Positions 39,768-50,335 of a stretch of DNA of 64,000 nt are shown here, piece after piece. Under the pieces are notes generated by a model. It did not search any database. It had not been told where the DNA came from and was given only the letters and a program-made list of their open reading frames with translations. The position numbers and the translations under genes are program-made. How positions within the stretch are numbered: the stretch's first letter is position 1; every line of letters begins with the position of its first letter. The DNA is from Arcobacteraceae bacterium (GTDB taxonomy: Bacteria > Campylobacterota > Campylobacteria > Campylobacterales > Arcobacteraceae). The stretch lies in assembly GCA_048268245.1 (NCBI GenBank), contig JBLWVX010000001.1:32001-96000 (forward strand). The letters run 5' to 3'.

Positions 39768-41736
39768 CTTTTTTTACTTCTTCTTTATCATTTTTATCAA
39801 TTTTAACTTCATAAGCTTTCTCTTTAAAAATATCTTTTTTTGATAAAGAGATACCTTTCATATGAGTTAAGGGGAAGGCAAAAGCAATACCTTTTCCTGT
39901 AGTTGTTATATGTAATGAATGAATAATTGATTTTATAACATCATTAACTAAATACTTAGGTAATAAGAATAAAAGCAATGCATCGTTTGCTTCAAAACTT
40001 GTTCTATAGAAATTAGCCATTTCTTCAAGACCGATACCATCCGCTCTTAATACAGTAACCCCTGAAGCCCCAGCTTTATGAGCAGCAGAAATTGCATCAA
40101 GTTTTTTATCAACAGGAACAATTATAACAACAGCACTGAACTCTAAATCTAAAGAGTGTCTAACAGAGGAACCATCAATATTAACTGTAGCTAAATTCAT
40201 ATTTTCAGCATCAACTAAAGCATCTTTTAATAGCTCTTCTTTTTCAATTTCTGTATCTGATTTTACACCTATTTTTTCAGTTATGATACCATAAAGCATT
40301 ACAGTAATCATTGGAAATAATGAAGCAAAAGCAATAAGTCCAAAACCATCAATAAGAGGACTTCTTCCCTCAATATTAGTAGCAAGTCCAATACCAAGTG
40401 CAGCAACTAATGGAACTGTTACAGTTGAAGTTGTAACCCCACCACTATCATAAGCAATAGGAATAATATACTTAGGTGCAATAAATGTAAGAATAATAAC
40501 TACCATATATCCAACAATAATATAATAGTGAATATGCCCACCATCTACAATTCTAAATGCACCTAAAGCAATACCAATAGCAACCCCAAAAGCAACAAAT
40601 ATTCTTAATACAAAGTCATTTATTTTACCATCAGAAATATCTTTTGCTTTTTTTGCAATAGCCATCAAAGCTGGTTCTGCCATAGTTGTTGAGAAACCAA
40701 TAGCAAAAGCAAAGGCATAAATCATCATTACAGAATCAGATTTTGTTAACTGGTAAGCCATTGTTTCACCAAGTGTGAATAGACCCATTTCTAGCCCAAG
40801 AATAAATGCATCAAGACCTAAAATAACAAGAAAAAATCCTAAAAATACAGTTTTAATGTTTTCTATTTTTTTCTTTAATACAGCATATTGAAAGAAAAGA
40901 ATAATTAATAAAATAGGTGCAACATCTTTTACAACATTTACTAATCCCATTAATAATGAAGAAACAGAAATAGTTGTATTTGTTGATACAGCAGCTTCTA
41001 CAGCAACAGCAGCTACATCTTTTGCATCAACTAAGTTATAAACTGCAATTCCGTAAATTTGCACAAAAATCATAGGAGTTAAAGATGCAAAAGCAATAAG
41101 TCCAAAGCCATCAACAACTGGGTTTCTTCCTTTTATAGTTGTTGCAAGACCAATACCAAGTGCAGCAACTAAAGGAACTGTTACAGTTGAAGTTGTAACT
41201 CCACCTAAGTCATATGCAAGTCCAATGATCTCTTTTGGAGCAAAGAAAGTAACACTTACAACTAGTAAGTACCCTGCAATAATATAGTAGTGTATAGGAT
41301 GTCCTTTATAAATCCTATATACACCTAAGAAAATAGCAAAACCAACAGAGCCTGCAACTACAAGTCTTAACATAGTTGCATCAATACGACCACTAGAAAT
41401 AGAAGCTGCTTTATCTGCAATTACTGCAAGTGCTGGTTCTGCAATTGTTGTACCAAAACCTATTAAAAAAGCAAAAAAGAGTACCCAAAGCATTGTTCCA
41501 TGCTTTGCAAAATCCCTTGCTAAACCTTCTCCTACTGGGAATATACCAATTTCAAGTCCCTGTAAAAAAATAGCTAATCCAACACCAACAATAGCTAATC
41601 CAATCGCAGTGCTAACCCACCCCTCGGGTACAGCTTGGATAATTGCTAGTTGAAAAAATAGAATAACTACAACTATAGGAATTAAATCCCGAAATGACTC
41701 TTTTAATAGCTTCAAAAAGAAGTTAAATTGCATCAT
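39727..41736 (-). CDS. Tandem DUF1538 membrane domains fused to a C-terminal PII-like domain
   Basis: Internal duplication (AEPAL; AYD.GGVTTSTVTVPLVAALGIGLAT; DGFGLIAFASL each twice); tail AGASGVTVL.A.G.G..GKGIAF resembles PII-like proteins. Confidence 0.8.
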   Translation of the reverse strand: MMQFNFFLKLLKESFRDLIPIVVVILFFQLAIIQAVPEGWVSTAIGLAIVGVGLAIFLQGLEIGIFPVGEGLARDFAKHGTMLWVLFFAFLIGFGTTIAEPALAVIADKAASISSGRIDATMLRLVVAGSVGFAIFLGVYRIYKGHPIHYYIIAGYLLVVSVTFFAPKEIIGLAYDLGGVTTSTVTVPLVAALGIGLATTIKGRNPVVDGFGLIAFASLTPMIFVQIYGIAVYNLVDAKDVAAVAVEAAVSTNTTISVSSLLMGLVNVVKDVAPILLIILFFQYAVLKKKIENIKTVFLGFFLVILGLDAFILGLEMGLFTLGETMAYQLTKSDSVMMIYAFAFAIGFSTTMAEPALMAIAKKAKDISDGKINDFVLRIFVAFGVAIGIALGAFRIVDGGHIHYYIIVGYMVVIILTFIAPKYIIPIAYDSGGVTTSTVTVPLVAALGIGLATNIEGRSPLIDGFGLIAFASLFPMITVMLYGIITEKIGVKSDTEIEKEELLKDALVDAENMNLATVNIDGSSVRHSLDLEFSAVVIIVPVDKKLDAISAAHKAGASGVTVLRADGIGLEEMANFYRTSFEANDALLLFLLPKYLVNDVIKSIIHSLHITTTGKGIAFAFPLTHMKGISLSKKDIFKEKAYEVKIDKNDKEEVKKDDETSHKTTSASR

Positions 41737-41866
41737 ATATTTTATGTCTCCTACTAATCCTAAAATTATTTCAACTTTAGTTAATATCTCTATTCTACAT
41801 TGTTTTTACTGAATTATTGGATAAAGTCGAGTATATTAGTTGCGTTATTTTAAATATGTAAGGGAT

Positions 41867-41897
41867 TATTATAAAGTAGAAAATCTACTTTATAATA
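41867..41897 (-). terminator. Terminator-like hairpin after leuA
   Basis: TATTATAAAGTAGA-aaa-TCTACTTTATAATA. Confidence 0.6.
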
Positions 41898-43451
41898 TTA
41901 AACTTGGTGTTCGTTTTTCTTAGAAAGTCTTTCTTTTTGAGAAAGATAAGAGTTTACACTTCCTAAATAAGCTTTTGCAGTTGCTAACATAGTATCAATG
42001 CTTAATCCATGTCCTACAAATGAAGGTGAATCATCATCAAAACTTACTCTTGTAGTAACTTTAGCAAGTGCATCTTTACCTTCTGTTACAGAAATTACAT
42101 TATAGCTTTCTAAACTTCCATTAATTCCTGTTAATCTATCAATTGTTTTAAAGATTGCATCCATTGTACCTTCACCAATATTTGCATCTTGCATAACTGA
42201 ATCATTATGTTTAATTGAAACAGCAGCCATTGGCATACCATTTGAGCAATCAGAGATTTGTAAACCAACTAATTCATAAATTTTACCACTATTTAATGAC
42301 TCATCAGTAATTAACATTCTTATATCATCATCTGTTACATCTTTTTTCTTATCAGCTAAGATTTTGAATCTTTCAAATGCAGCGTTTAATTCTTCGTCAC
42401 TTACTTTATCAAAACCTAAATGCTCAATTTTATCTCTAAACGCAGCTCTTCCTGAATGTTTACCTAAAATTAAAGTAGAGTCTTTAAATACTCCAACATC
42501 TTCTGGCTTCATAATTTCATATGTTTCTTGGTGTTTTAATACACCATCTTGGTGAATACCACTTTCATGAGCAAAAGCATTTTTACCAACAATTGCTTTA
42601 TTTTGTTGTGGTTCAACACCTGTAATAGTGGCAACTAATCTTGAAGTTGGGTAGATTTCAGGTGTATTGATACTTGTATATAATTCACCAAAAGCATCTT
42701 TTCTAGTTTTAATAGCCATCACAGCTTCTTCTAAAGATGAGTTACCAGCTCTTTCACCTAAACCATTGATTGTTACTTCAATTTGTCTAGCACCATTTGT
42801 AACTGCTGCTAAAGTATTTGCTGTTGCTAAACCTAAGTCATTATGATTATGAACAGAGATTCTAGCTCTATCTCCAGCAAATTCAGATAATTCTTTTACC
42901 ATTGCACCTAATTCATTTGGTAATCTATAACCAACTGTATCAGGTAAGTTAATAGTTGAAGCACCTGCATTTATAACTGCATCCATAACTTCTTTCATAA
43001 ATGGAATCTCAGATCTTCCAGCATCTTCTAATGAAAATTCAACATCTTCAACAAATGTTCTAGCATATTCTACTGCATGAACTGCTCTTTTTATAACTTC
43101 ATCAGGACTCATTTTTAACTTATATTGCATATGAATTGGAGAAGTAGCAATAAAAGTATGTATTCTATGTAATGGAGCTTTTGAAACTGCTAAACCAGAT
43201 TGTTTAATATCATTCTCAATTGCTCTACTTAAAGAACAAATTGAAGAATTTTTAACTTGTTCTGCAATTCTAGAAACTGCATCAAAATCACCAGGACTTG
43301 CAGCAGCAAAACCAGCTTCAATAACATCAACACCTAACTTTTCTAACTGTAATGCAACTTTTATTTTCTCTTCTGTATTCATAGAACAACCAGGAGATTG
43401 CTCACCATCTCTTAATGTAGTATCAAAAACTATAATTTTATTTTTATCCAT
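41898..43451 (-). CDS. leuA: 2-isopropylmalate synthase
   Basis: [33 protein letters not shown]-terminal regulatory domain. Confidence 0.97.
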   Translation of the reverse strand: MDKNKIIVFDTTLRDGEQSPGCSMNTEEKIKVALQLEKLGVDVIEAGFAAASPGDFDAVSRIAEQVKNSSICSLSRAIENDIKQSGLAVSKAPLHRIHTFIATSPIHMQYKLKMSPDEVIKRAVHAVEYARTFVEDVEFSLEDAGRSEIPFMKEVMDAVINAGASTINLPDTVGYRLPNELGAMVKELSEFAGDRARISVHNHNDLGLATANTLAAVTNGARQIEVTINGLGERAGNSSLEEAVMAIKTRKDAFGELYTSINTPEIYPTSRLVATITGVEPQQNKAIVGKNAFAHESGIHQDGVLKHQETYEIMKPEDVGVFKDSTLILGKHSGRAAFRDKIEHLGFDKVSDEELNAAFERFKILADKKKDVTDDDIRMLITDESLNSGKIYELVGLQISDCSNGMPMAAVSIKHNDSVMQDANIGEGTMDAIFKTIDRLTGINGSLESYNVISVTEGKDALAKVTTRVSFDDDSPSFVGHGLSIDTMLATAKAYLGSVNSYLSQKERLSKKNEHQV

Positions 43452-43564
43452 TGTGTGTACCCTTTAAAATATACAATATTATATCTTTTTTTATTTTATA
43501 AAAAAGAAAACTATAACGATTTATTTTATATTTGATTTAAATATGTAAAGTCTAATTTTAGTAA

Positions 43565-43642
43565 TTAGAGAGAGATTTTAAGTAGAAGAAGAGAGTTAAC
43601 ACTTTTTATAAATTGATTGTTGTAAAAATCAAAAATTTTCAT
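43565..43642 (-). CDS. Putative leu leader peptide (25 aa, four consecutive Leu codons)
   Basis: MKIFDFYNNQFIKSVNSLLLLKISL; CTT CTT CTA CTT run; AGGAG 5 nt before ATG; ends 113 nt upstream of leuA. Confidence 0.75.
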   Translation of the reverse strand: MKIFDFYNNQFIKSVNSLLLLKISL

Positions 43643-43671
43643 TTTCTCTCCTGAATAAATTAATTAGCTTA

Positions 43672-43700
43672 AGTATAATTAATAAAATTAAATTTGTCAA
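43672..43700 (-). promoter_or_regulatory. sigma70 promoter of leader-leuA
   Basis: Minus strand TTGACA (43700-43695) - 17 bp - TATACT (43677-43672). Confidence 0.8.
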
Positions 43701-43702
43701 GA

Positions 43703-44983
43703 CTATTTTGATTTATTTGATAAATATACTTGATTCCTTCCATTTACTTTTGCTTTATATAGTGCTTTATCAGAAGATTTATATAATTCTTCTTCATTAT
43801 CTATATATTTTGAGTTTTGAACTATAAGACCTGCTGATATTGTTACATATTCACTAGCAGAATTAGCTGAGTGTTTAATTTTAAGGTTTTCAATATTTTT
43901 TATAATTCGTTTTGCATAACTCATTGAATCTTCTATATCTAAAGCTGAAAATATTATACAAAACTCTTCTCCACCAACTCTAAATACATAATCAGTTGCT
44001 CTTGATGTTGATTCTTTTAAAGCCTTTGCAACTTGTTTTAATATTTCATCACCTTTTGGATGTCCATAAGTATCATTATACTTTTTAAAGTAATCAATAT
44101 CTAAAGACAGAAGGCTTAAACTAATACCTTCTCTTTTTACTCTTCTTATTTCTTTTCCAAGAATTTCATTAAAATGTCTTCTATTATAAAGCTTTGTTAA
44201 ATCATCTTCAATTGATAAAAGTTCTAATTTCTTAGCATTTGTGATATCTTCTCTAATAGCTATAAAATTTACTATTTCACCATCATTAAAAACAGGAGTG
44301 ATAGTCAAATTTGCCCAGTAAATCTCTCCATCTTTTTTTCTATTTTTAATTTCTGAAGTGAAAACTTTTCCTGAAGATATTTGACTCCACATATTTTTAT
44401 AAAATTCATCTGGAGTGTCTTCATGTATTAATAATGAATGCTTATTTCCTATAAGTTCTGTTTTATTATAACCTATGAAATTTGTAAATGCTGTACTAGC
44501 ATCAATAATCACTCCATCTTTATCTGTAATAGATAATAAAACATTTTCATCAACTATTTCTAGTAAATTATCTTTTTCAAAAAGTTGATCTCTTAAATGA
44601 GTAGTTAAAAAACAATCTTGTATATCATATATCAACTGCATCAAATCAATAGGTTTTATTACAAATTTATTTACTTGAAGTTCTATTGCTTTTAGAAAAT
44701 AGTCTAAATCAGAATATGCTGTAGTTACAATAACAGGTACACTCTTTTTGTTAATCTTTTTTAGCATATCAATACCATTCATTTTTGGCATTTGAATATC
44801 AGTGATTATTAAATCAGGGTTTATTTCATGAAAAAGTTCATACCCCTCTTCTCCATTTTTAGCAGTATGAAAGTTAGGTATATTTCTACTTAAAAAATAT
44901 GTTACTTCTTCTCTAATCATATCTTCATCTTCAACATAAAGTACAATAAGGTTTAAAAGTAATTCTTTATTTATTTTTTTCAT
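43703..44983 (-). CDS. REC-PAS-GGDEF diguanylate cyclase
   Basis: VEDE..TDIQMP receiver; PAS (NRKKDG..YW); D.LT.LYNRR, DIDYFK.YND.YGH, RATD I-site, GGEEF. Confidence 0.92.
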   Translation of the reverse strand: MKKINKELLLNLIVLYVEDEDMIREEVTYFLSRNIPNFHTAKNGEEGYELFHEINPDLIITDIQMPKMNGIDMLKKINKKSVPVIVTTAYSDLDYFLKAIELQVNKFVIKPIDLMQLIYDIQDCFLTTHLRDQLFEKDNLLEIVDENVLLSITDKDGVIIDASTAFTNFIGYNKTELIGNKHSLLIHEDTPDEFYKNMWSQISSGKVFTSEIKNRKKDGEIYWANLTITPVFNDGEIVNFIAIREDITNAKKLELLSIEDDLTKLYNRRHFNEILGKEIRRVKREGISLSLLSLDIDYFKKYNDTYGHPKGDEILKQVAKALKESTSRATDYVFRVGGEEFCIIFSALDIEDSMSYAKRIIKNIENLKIKHSANSASEYVTISAGLIVQNSKYIDNEEELYKSSDKALYKAKVNGRNQVYLSNKSK

Positions 44984-45065
44984 CTTGTAATTGTTATACC
45001 TAGTTATTTTTTTAATTCTAACATTAATAATATTAAAGTTATATATATTTATACTATTTCAAAGC

Positions 45066-47630
45066 TTAAATGTAAAATATAATATTTACACATAATCCCT
45101 TCTTATAATTAAAGGCTTCAATTTTACCCTTCATATTCTTCTCAATGATTGTTTTTACCATATAAAGACCTATTCCTGTGCCTTTACCTTCTTCTTTGGT
45201 TGTAAAATAAGGCTCAAATATTTTTGGTAATATTTTATCCTTTACTCCAGTTGCATTATCAATAAAACTAATTACACATTCATTATTTTTTATTTCTGTT
45301 TTTATTATTATTTTTTTATCTTCAATTTTTTTCTCTATTAATGCATCTTTTGAATTGTTTAAAATATTTAATACTGATTGCTCAAATTCATTTTTAAATC
45401 CATTAATTTTGAAACTGTTGGCATCAAATTTTCTTTCTATTTCTATTTCATTATGCGAAAAAGTTGCCTCAACTAAAGAAATAGCTTCTTCAATTGATTT
45501 TTGTAAATTAAAATCTGCTTTTAATTTATTTGGTTTTACAAAATCTCTAAAATCATCTATAGTTTTTGACATATTAGATGTTAAAAGATTAGCTTTACTT
45601 ACAGACTTATCTAAATAGTCTTTATCTAAATCATCCATTTCATATGCAAACTTTATATTTTGAATTACTAAACTTAATGCATTTAAAGGTTGTCTCCATT
45701 GATGTGCTATGTTTGAAATCATTTCACCCATTGAAGCTAGCTTAGATTGATGAATTAATAGCTGTTCTTGTTTTCTTTGTTTTTTTATTTCTTCATCAAC
45801 TCTACTTTCCAAAGATTTATTTAATTTTTTGTATTTATTTAAAATTTTTTCAAGCTTTGAAGCCATATCATTAAATGAGTGTTCAAGTTTACCTATCTCA
45901 TCATTTGAAGTAACTTCAATTCGATAAGAAAAATCATTGTTTGAAAACATTTTTGTTCCAAGTAATAAGTTTTCAATTTTTCTACTTATATATGAAGATA
46001 AATATAAAGCAACAATTATTACTAATAAAACCATAACGATAGTAACAAATGTCAATTCATTTATTAAAGAATCAATAAATTTAATAATTTCAAATTCATT
46101 CTGCTTTACTACTTTTTCCATATTATTAGTTTGCTTAACTAATATCTCTTCAATATTCTTTTTTGCTTGATTAGCTGCTTCATGGAATTCATTTACATTT
46201 GCACCAATAGTTACAAAACCAAAACCTCTTTTATTGTCTTTATATTGTCCAGTATAGTATGGAATAGCTGCTGCTGTAGTTAATTTCCAAACTTTACTCC
46301 AATAAATTAAAAAAGATCCATAACCACCATTTTGAGTTAATTGCATCCATCCTGTACACTGTGGTGCAAAATTTAAATATCTACAATCTAATCCTACATT
46401 TCCATCGTGTAATAATTGTTCGATATTTGGTTTATTTTTTAAAGACTGATTATTAAAAGTTGAATATTGGGCTAAAAACTGCGTAAAGTTCTTACCAGAC
46501 TTTTGAAGTTCTTCTTCTAAAGCCTTACTTAACCAAGGTTTTTCATACTTACCTGTATCTTTATTAAAACCAACTATAAAGTAATCTCTTGGATGAGAAA
46601 TACTTCTTCCTTTATTATCCCACATAAAAGCATAATTTCCTACACTCGCATCAGCTATATCTTGAGTAGCTTGATTTGAAGTAGGATTAAGTGTATCAGT
46701 AAATTGCATAATGTGTTCATGATCCAATGCTAAAGATAAATAACCTACTTTTTTAGTACCCTTATAAATAGGTGTTATAAATCTAATAATCCCTTCAAAC
46801 TTTTTACCTAAAGGATTTTCTTTTCCTGCATAAGCATGTTTAGTTGGATCAAAATCTAAATTTTGTTTATTAGCTTTTTGTTTTGTAAATGTTCCAATTA
46901 CATTACTACTTACATACTCTCCAATAACATTAGAAACATAAATTTCACCTTTTTTTAATGAGTCAAGATCTTTAAAATAATTTTCCGAATTTACATATGT
47001 ATTTTTCTTTTTTGAAATATTAAGTAGAGTTTTGTTTATTGAAGAAACTTTATATTTTTCTATTCCATTTAAGTCAAAAAAAGAAACCTCTTTATAAATA
47101 GGAATTAATTCTTTGTTAAATTCTTTTAAATATGTATAGTTAAACTCTCTTTTATTATCTTCTAATATATTTTCTATTTTAGGTGTTTTTTGTTTACTTA
47201 CTTCTTTTTGAATCCAAGTATTTGATTTGTCATCATATATATATTCACCATGACTAATGATATATCTATTCTTACTTTCATAAAACTTTTCTAATATATT
47301 TTGATTTATATCTAATTTGGATAAGAAAAGTAAATCTTCATCCCTTTCATATAAAAATTGTGCAACTTTTTGTGATATTTCAAGAGATAGTCTCTCTAAA
47401 GATAATTGTGATTTCTTATCTAGATTCTTTATACTATCATCAATAGACTGATCTGCTGTTTGCATAATAATCTCTTTACTTTGAGAGAAAACATAATCCG
47501 TACTATTTTTAAGATATACATCTAACTTTAAAGCACCATTATAAGCTATATACGATATTAACAATAAAGGTATTATCTTAATTAAAATAAAGATTACAAT
47601 AAGTTTAATTTTTATACTCAAACTATTCAT
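45066..47630 (-). CDS. Sensor histidine kinase, large periplasmic domain + HAMP
   Basis: TM - ~490 aa periplasmic region - TM; DEIGKL..SFN.M HAMP; IAHQWRQPL; DNATG, GTGIGL. Confidence 0.9.
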   Translation of the reverse strand: MNSLSIKIKLIVIFILIKIIPLLLISYIAYNGALKLDVYLKNSTDYVFSQSKEIIMQTADQSIDDSIKNLDKKSQLSLERLSLEISQKVAQFLYERDEDLLFLSKLDINQNILEKFYESKNRYIISHGEYIYDDKSNTWIQKEVSKQKTPKIENILEDNKREFNYTYLKEFNKELIPIYKEVSFFDLNGIEKYKVSSINKTLLNISKKKNTYVNSENYFKDLDSLKKGEIYVSNVIGEYVSSNVIGTFTKQKANKQNLDFDPTKHAYAGKENPLGKKFEGIIRFITPIYKGTKKVGYLSLALDHEHIMQFTDTLNPTSNQATQDIADASVGNYAFMWDNKGRSISHPRDYFIVGFNKDTGKYEKPWLSKALEEELQKSGKNFTQFLAQYSTFNNQSLKNKPNIEQLLHDGNVGLDCRYLNFAPQCTGWMQLTQNGGYGSFLIYWSKVWKLTTAAAIPYYTGQYKDNKRGFGFVTIGANVNEFHEAANQAKKNIEEILVKQTNNMEKVVKQNEFEIIKFIDSLINELTFVTIVMVLLVIIVALYLSSYISRKIENLLLGTKMFSNNDFSYRIEVTSNDEIGKLEHSFNDMASKLEKILNKYKKLNKSLESRVDEEIKKQRKQEQLLIHQSKLASMGEMISNIAHQWRQPLNALSLVIQNIKFAYEMDDLDKDYLDKSVSKANLLTSNMSKTIDDFRDFVKPNKLKADFNLQKSIEEAISLVEATFSHNEIEIERKFDANSFKINGFKNEFEQSVLNILNNSKDALIEKKIEDKKIIIKTEIKNNECVISFIDNATGVKDKILPKIFEPYFTTKEEGKGTGIGLYMVKTIIEKNMKGKIEAFNYKKGLCVNIIFYI

Positions 47631-48525
47631 TAATTTTTAATTCCTTGCTTGAAGTATTAACTATTTCTTCTAGATATGATAAACTTTCATTATCTAATAT
47701 ATTCTTTTTTAAAATCTCTTTTGCAAGGTAGTTAATTTTATTTAATTTTATTTCATTTAGATCATTAAAAATAAAAACACTTTTATTTATTATTTCAAAA
47801 TGTTTATAATTTACAACAAATTGTTTATTAAAATAGTCTTTAAAAGTAGGATTTTTAAAAGATATAACATGTTGTTCTTTAGAGCTATTTTTTATATACT
47901 CAATCCAATTAACATTTTCATCTTCTATTTCTTCAATCTCAAAAAGGTCTTCACAACTTTTAATTTGACTTTGAAATGATTGTATATCATTACAACCTAA
48001 TAAATCTAAAAAGTAATCATTTGCATGTTCAATTTTTTCACTATGCATAATAAACATAAATGTTGGATTTGAATTTAGAATAAATTCAACATACTCATCG
48101 TAATATTCTAAATGTTTTTTCGTTTTTAAATTCAAGGATTTTTGAATAACAGCAAACATTTCTTTTATATTTATTGGCTTTAATATATATTTATCAATAC
48201 CTAATTCTATAGCTTTTAATATATAGTTCCCTTCACTAAAAGCAGTTGTTAGAGCAATTGGTGTCGATGGACTAATTTTAAGTATCTCTTCACTCATAGT
48301 AAGACCATTCATAATAGGCATTTGAACATCAGTTATAACCATATCAGGTCTATATTTTTTAAACAACTCTAATCCCTCTTGTCCATTTTTTGCTACATAG
48401 AATTTATTTATATATTTACGAAAGAAAAAAGAAACTTCATCTGATGTTATTGAGTCATCTTCTACATATAATATACTTATATTATTAAACAATTTTTTAT
48501 CAATTTTTTCCATTTTAATCTTCAT
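47623..48525 (-). CDS. Response regulator receiver with degenerate PAS-like C-terminus
   Basis: VEDD, TDVQMP, KP; no DNA-binding or enzymatic output recognised. Confidence 0.8.
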   Translation of the reverse strand: MKIKMEKIDKKLFNNISILYVEDDSITSDEVSFFFRKYINKFYVAKNGQEGLELFKKYRPDMVITDVQMPIMNGLTMSEEILKISPSTPIALTTAFSEGNYILKAIELGIDKYILKPINIKEMFAVIQKSLNLKTKKHLEYYDEYVEFILNSNPTFMFIMHSEKIEHANDYFLDLLGCNDIQSFQSQIKSCEDLFEIEEIEDENVNWIEYIKNSSKEQHVISFKNPTFKDYFNKQFVVNYKHFEIINKSVFIFNDLNEIKLNKINYLAKEILKKNILDNESLSYLEEIVNTSSKELKINE

Positions 48526-50335
48526 ACCTCTCTTTTATTTCAAGGAATTCGTCCAAATTACTCATAAATAATTCAATAAATTCTGGATCAAAATGTTTTC
48601 CTTTTTGTTCTTCAAAAAGATTTAAAATATCTTTTAAAGGCCAAGCTTGTTTATATACTCTTTTACTTCCTAAAGCATCAAAAACATCTGCTATTGCTGT
48701 AATCCTACCAAATATATGAATATCATCACCCTTCAGACCATTTGGGTAACCTGTACCATCCCACTTTTCATGATGAGTTAAAGAAATAATTGCTGCTGCT
48801 TGTAAAATTGGTCTAGAAGAACTTTCTAAGATATTATGACCAAGAGAAGCATGAGTTCTCATAATATCCAACTCTTTTTCATCTAATTTATCTGGTTTAT
48901 TTAAAATACTATCTGGAATTCCAATTTTTCCAATATCATGCATAGGTGAAGCTGTGTAAATTCTATTTACTTCGTCCTCATTTAAACCTAATTTTTTAGC
49001 TAAAAGTTTAGAGTATAATGCAACTCTTTTTACGTGGTTACCTGTTTCTTTACTTCTTGTTTCTCCAACTTCTCCAAGTCTATATATAAGTTCTCTTTGA
49101 GTATCTTCTAGTTCTTTATGAAGATTCTCAATTTTTGTAATATCATGTCTTATTCCCATATATTCATAAATTTCACCATCCGCATTTTTAAGGGGCACTA
49201 CATATGTATTACAATGAAAGTTTTTACCATCTTTGCCAATATTAGATACTTTTCCTTTCCATATTTTACCTTTTTGTAAAGTATCAAACATTTCATTAAG
49301 GAAACTCTCATACTCTTTTTCACTAGTGTCTGGGCTTTTTAATATAGTATAATCTTTTCCTTCCAAATCACTTTTCTCATATTTACTTACTCTACAAAAA
49401 GCTTCATTTACTGATTTTATCTTTCTATCTTTATCAATTTTTATAATCATGTTTGAATTATCAATTGCTTCTTGATAAGTTTTTGCAATACTTATTGATT
49501 CTTTTAAACTTTTTGTTGTTTTATAGTTCTCATTTTGAAAGTACTCTTTAGAACGTTCAAGCTCAGTTATATCACTTCTTAAAGCAATAAACTCTTGAAT
49601 ATTCCCATCTAAATCTAAAATAGGTTTTATAATAGTATCAACTATATAATAATCCCCATTTTTCTTTTTATTTTTAATTTTTCCAGTCCAAACTTTTTTA
49701 TTTAAAATAGTTGCCCATAACTCTTCAAAAAGTTCATCACTAGTATCCGTATGTCTTATAATATTATGAGATTTTCCTAAAACTTCATCTCGAGTAAAGC
49801 CTGAAATTTCTTCAAAAGGTTTGTTTACATAAGTGATATTTCCATTGATATCAGCTTTTGAAACTATAGTCTTTTCATCAACTACACTTTTATATTGTTC
49901 AAAAGTATTAATCAATTCTTGATTTTTATTCTTTAGATATAAATCATTTGCACTTTCAACCATAATATTTAATAATTTCATTAAATCAAGAGGTTTTGTA
50001 AGATAACTTTTTAAATTTAGATTTATTGCTTCAAGTAAATAATCACTATCATTAAATGCTGTAATTACAATAATTCTAGCGTCTTTGTTCATCGCTTTGA
50101 TTTGCTCACTCATTTTAATACCATCAAGTCTTGGCATTTGTATATCTGTTATGATTAAATCAACTTTATTTTCTTTATAGAGTTCTAATCCCTCTTGACC
50201 ATCTCGTCCTACGATTAGTTTTTTAACTCGTCGCTCTAGAAAAAAAACTATTTCTTCCCTTATTTTTTCATCATCTTCAACATATAGAACTACAAGCTCT
50301 TTTAAATATTCTAATTGCTTTTTAATTTCACTCAT
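48515..50335 (-). CDS. REC-PAS-PAS-HD-GYP c-di-GMP phosphodiesterase
   Basis: Receiver; two PAS; ETGNHVKRV, MHDIGKIG, HHEKWDGTGYP, ADVFDAL. Confidence 0.92.
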   Translation of the reverse strand: MSEIKKQLEYLKELVVLYVEDDEKIREEIVFFLERRVKKLIVGRDGQEGLELYKENKVDLIITDIQMPRLDGIKMSEQIKAMNKDARIIVITAFNDSDYLLEAINLNLKSYLTKPLDLMKLLNIMVESANDLYLKNKNQELINTFEQYKSVVDEKTIVSKADINGNITYVNKPFEEISGFTRDEVLGKSHNIIRHTDTSDELFEELWATILNKKVWTGKIKNKKKNGDYYIVDTIIKPILDLDGNIQEFIALRSDITELERSKEYFQNENYKTTKSLKESISIAKTYQEAIDNSNMIIKIDKDRKIKSVNEAFCRVSKYEKSDLEGKDYTILKSPDTSEKEYESFLNEMFDTLQKGKIWKGKVSNIGKDGKNFHCNTYVVPLKNADGEIYEYMGIRHDITKIENLHKELEDTQRELIYRLGEVGETRSKETGNHVKRVALYSKLLAKKLGLNEDEVNRIYTASPMHDIGKIGIPDSILNKPDKLDEKELDIMRTHASLGHNILESSSRPILQAAAIISLTHHEKWDGTGYPNGLKGDDIHIFGRITAIADVFDALGSKRVYKQAWPLKDILNLFEEQKGKHFDPEFIELFMSNLDEFLEIKERYED

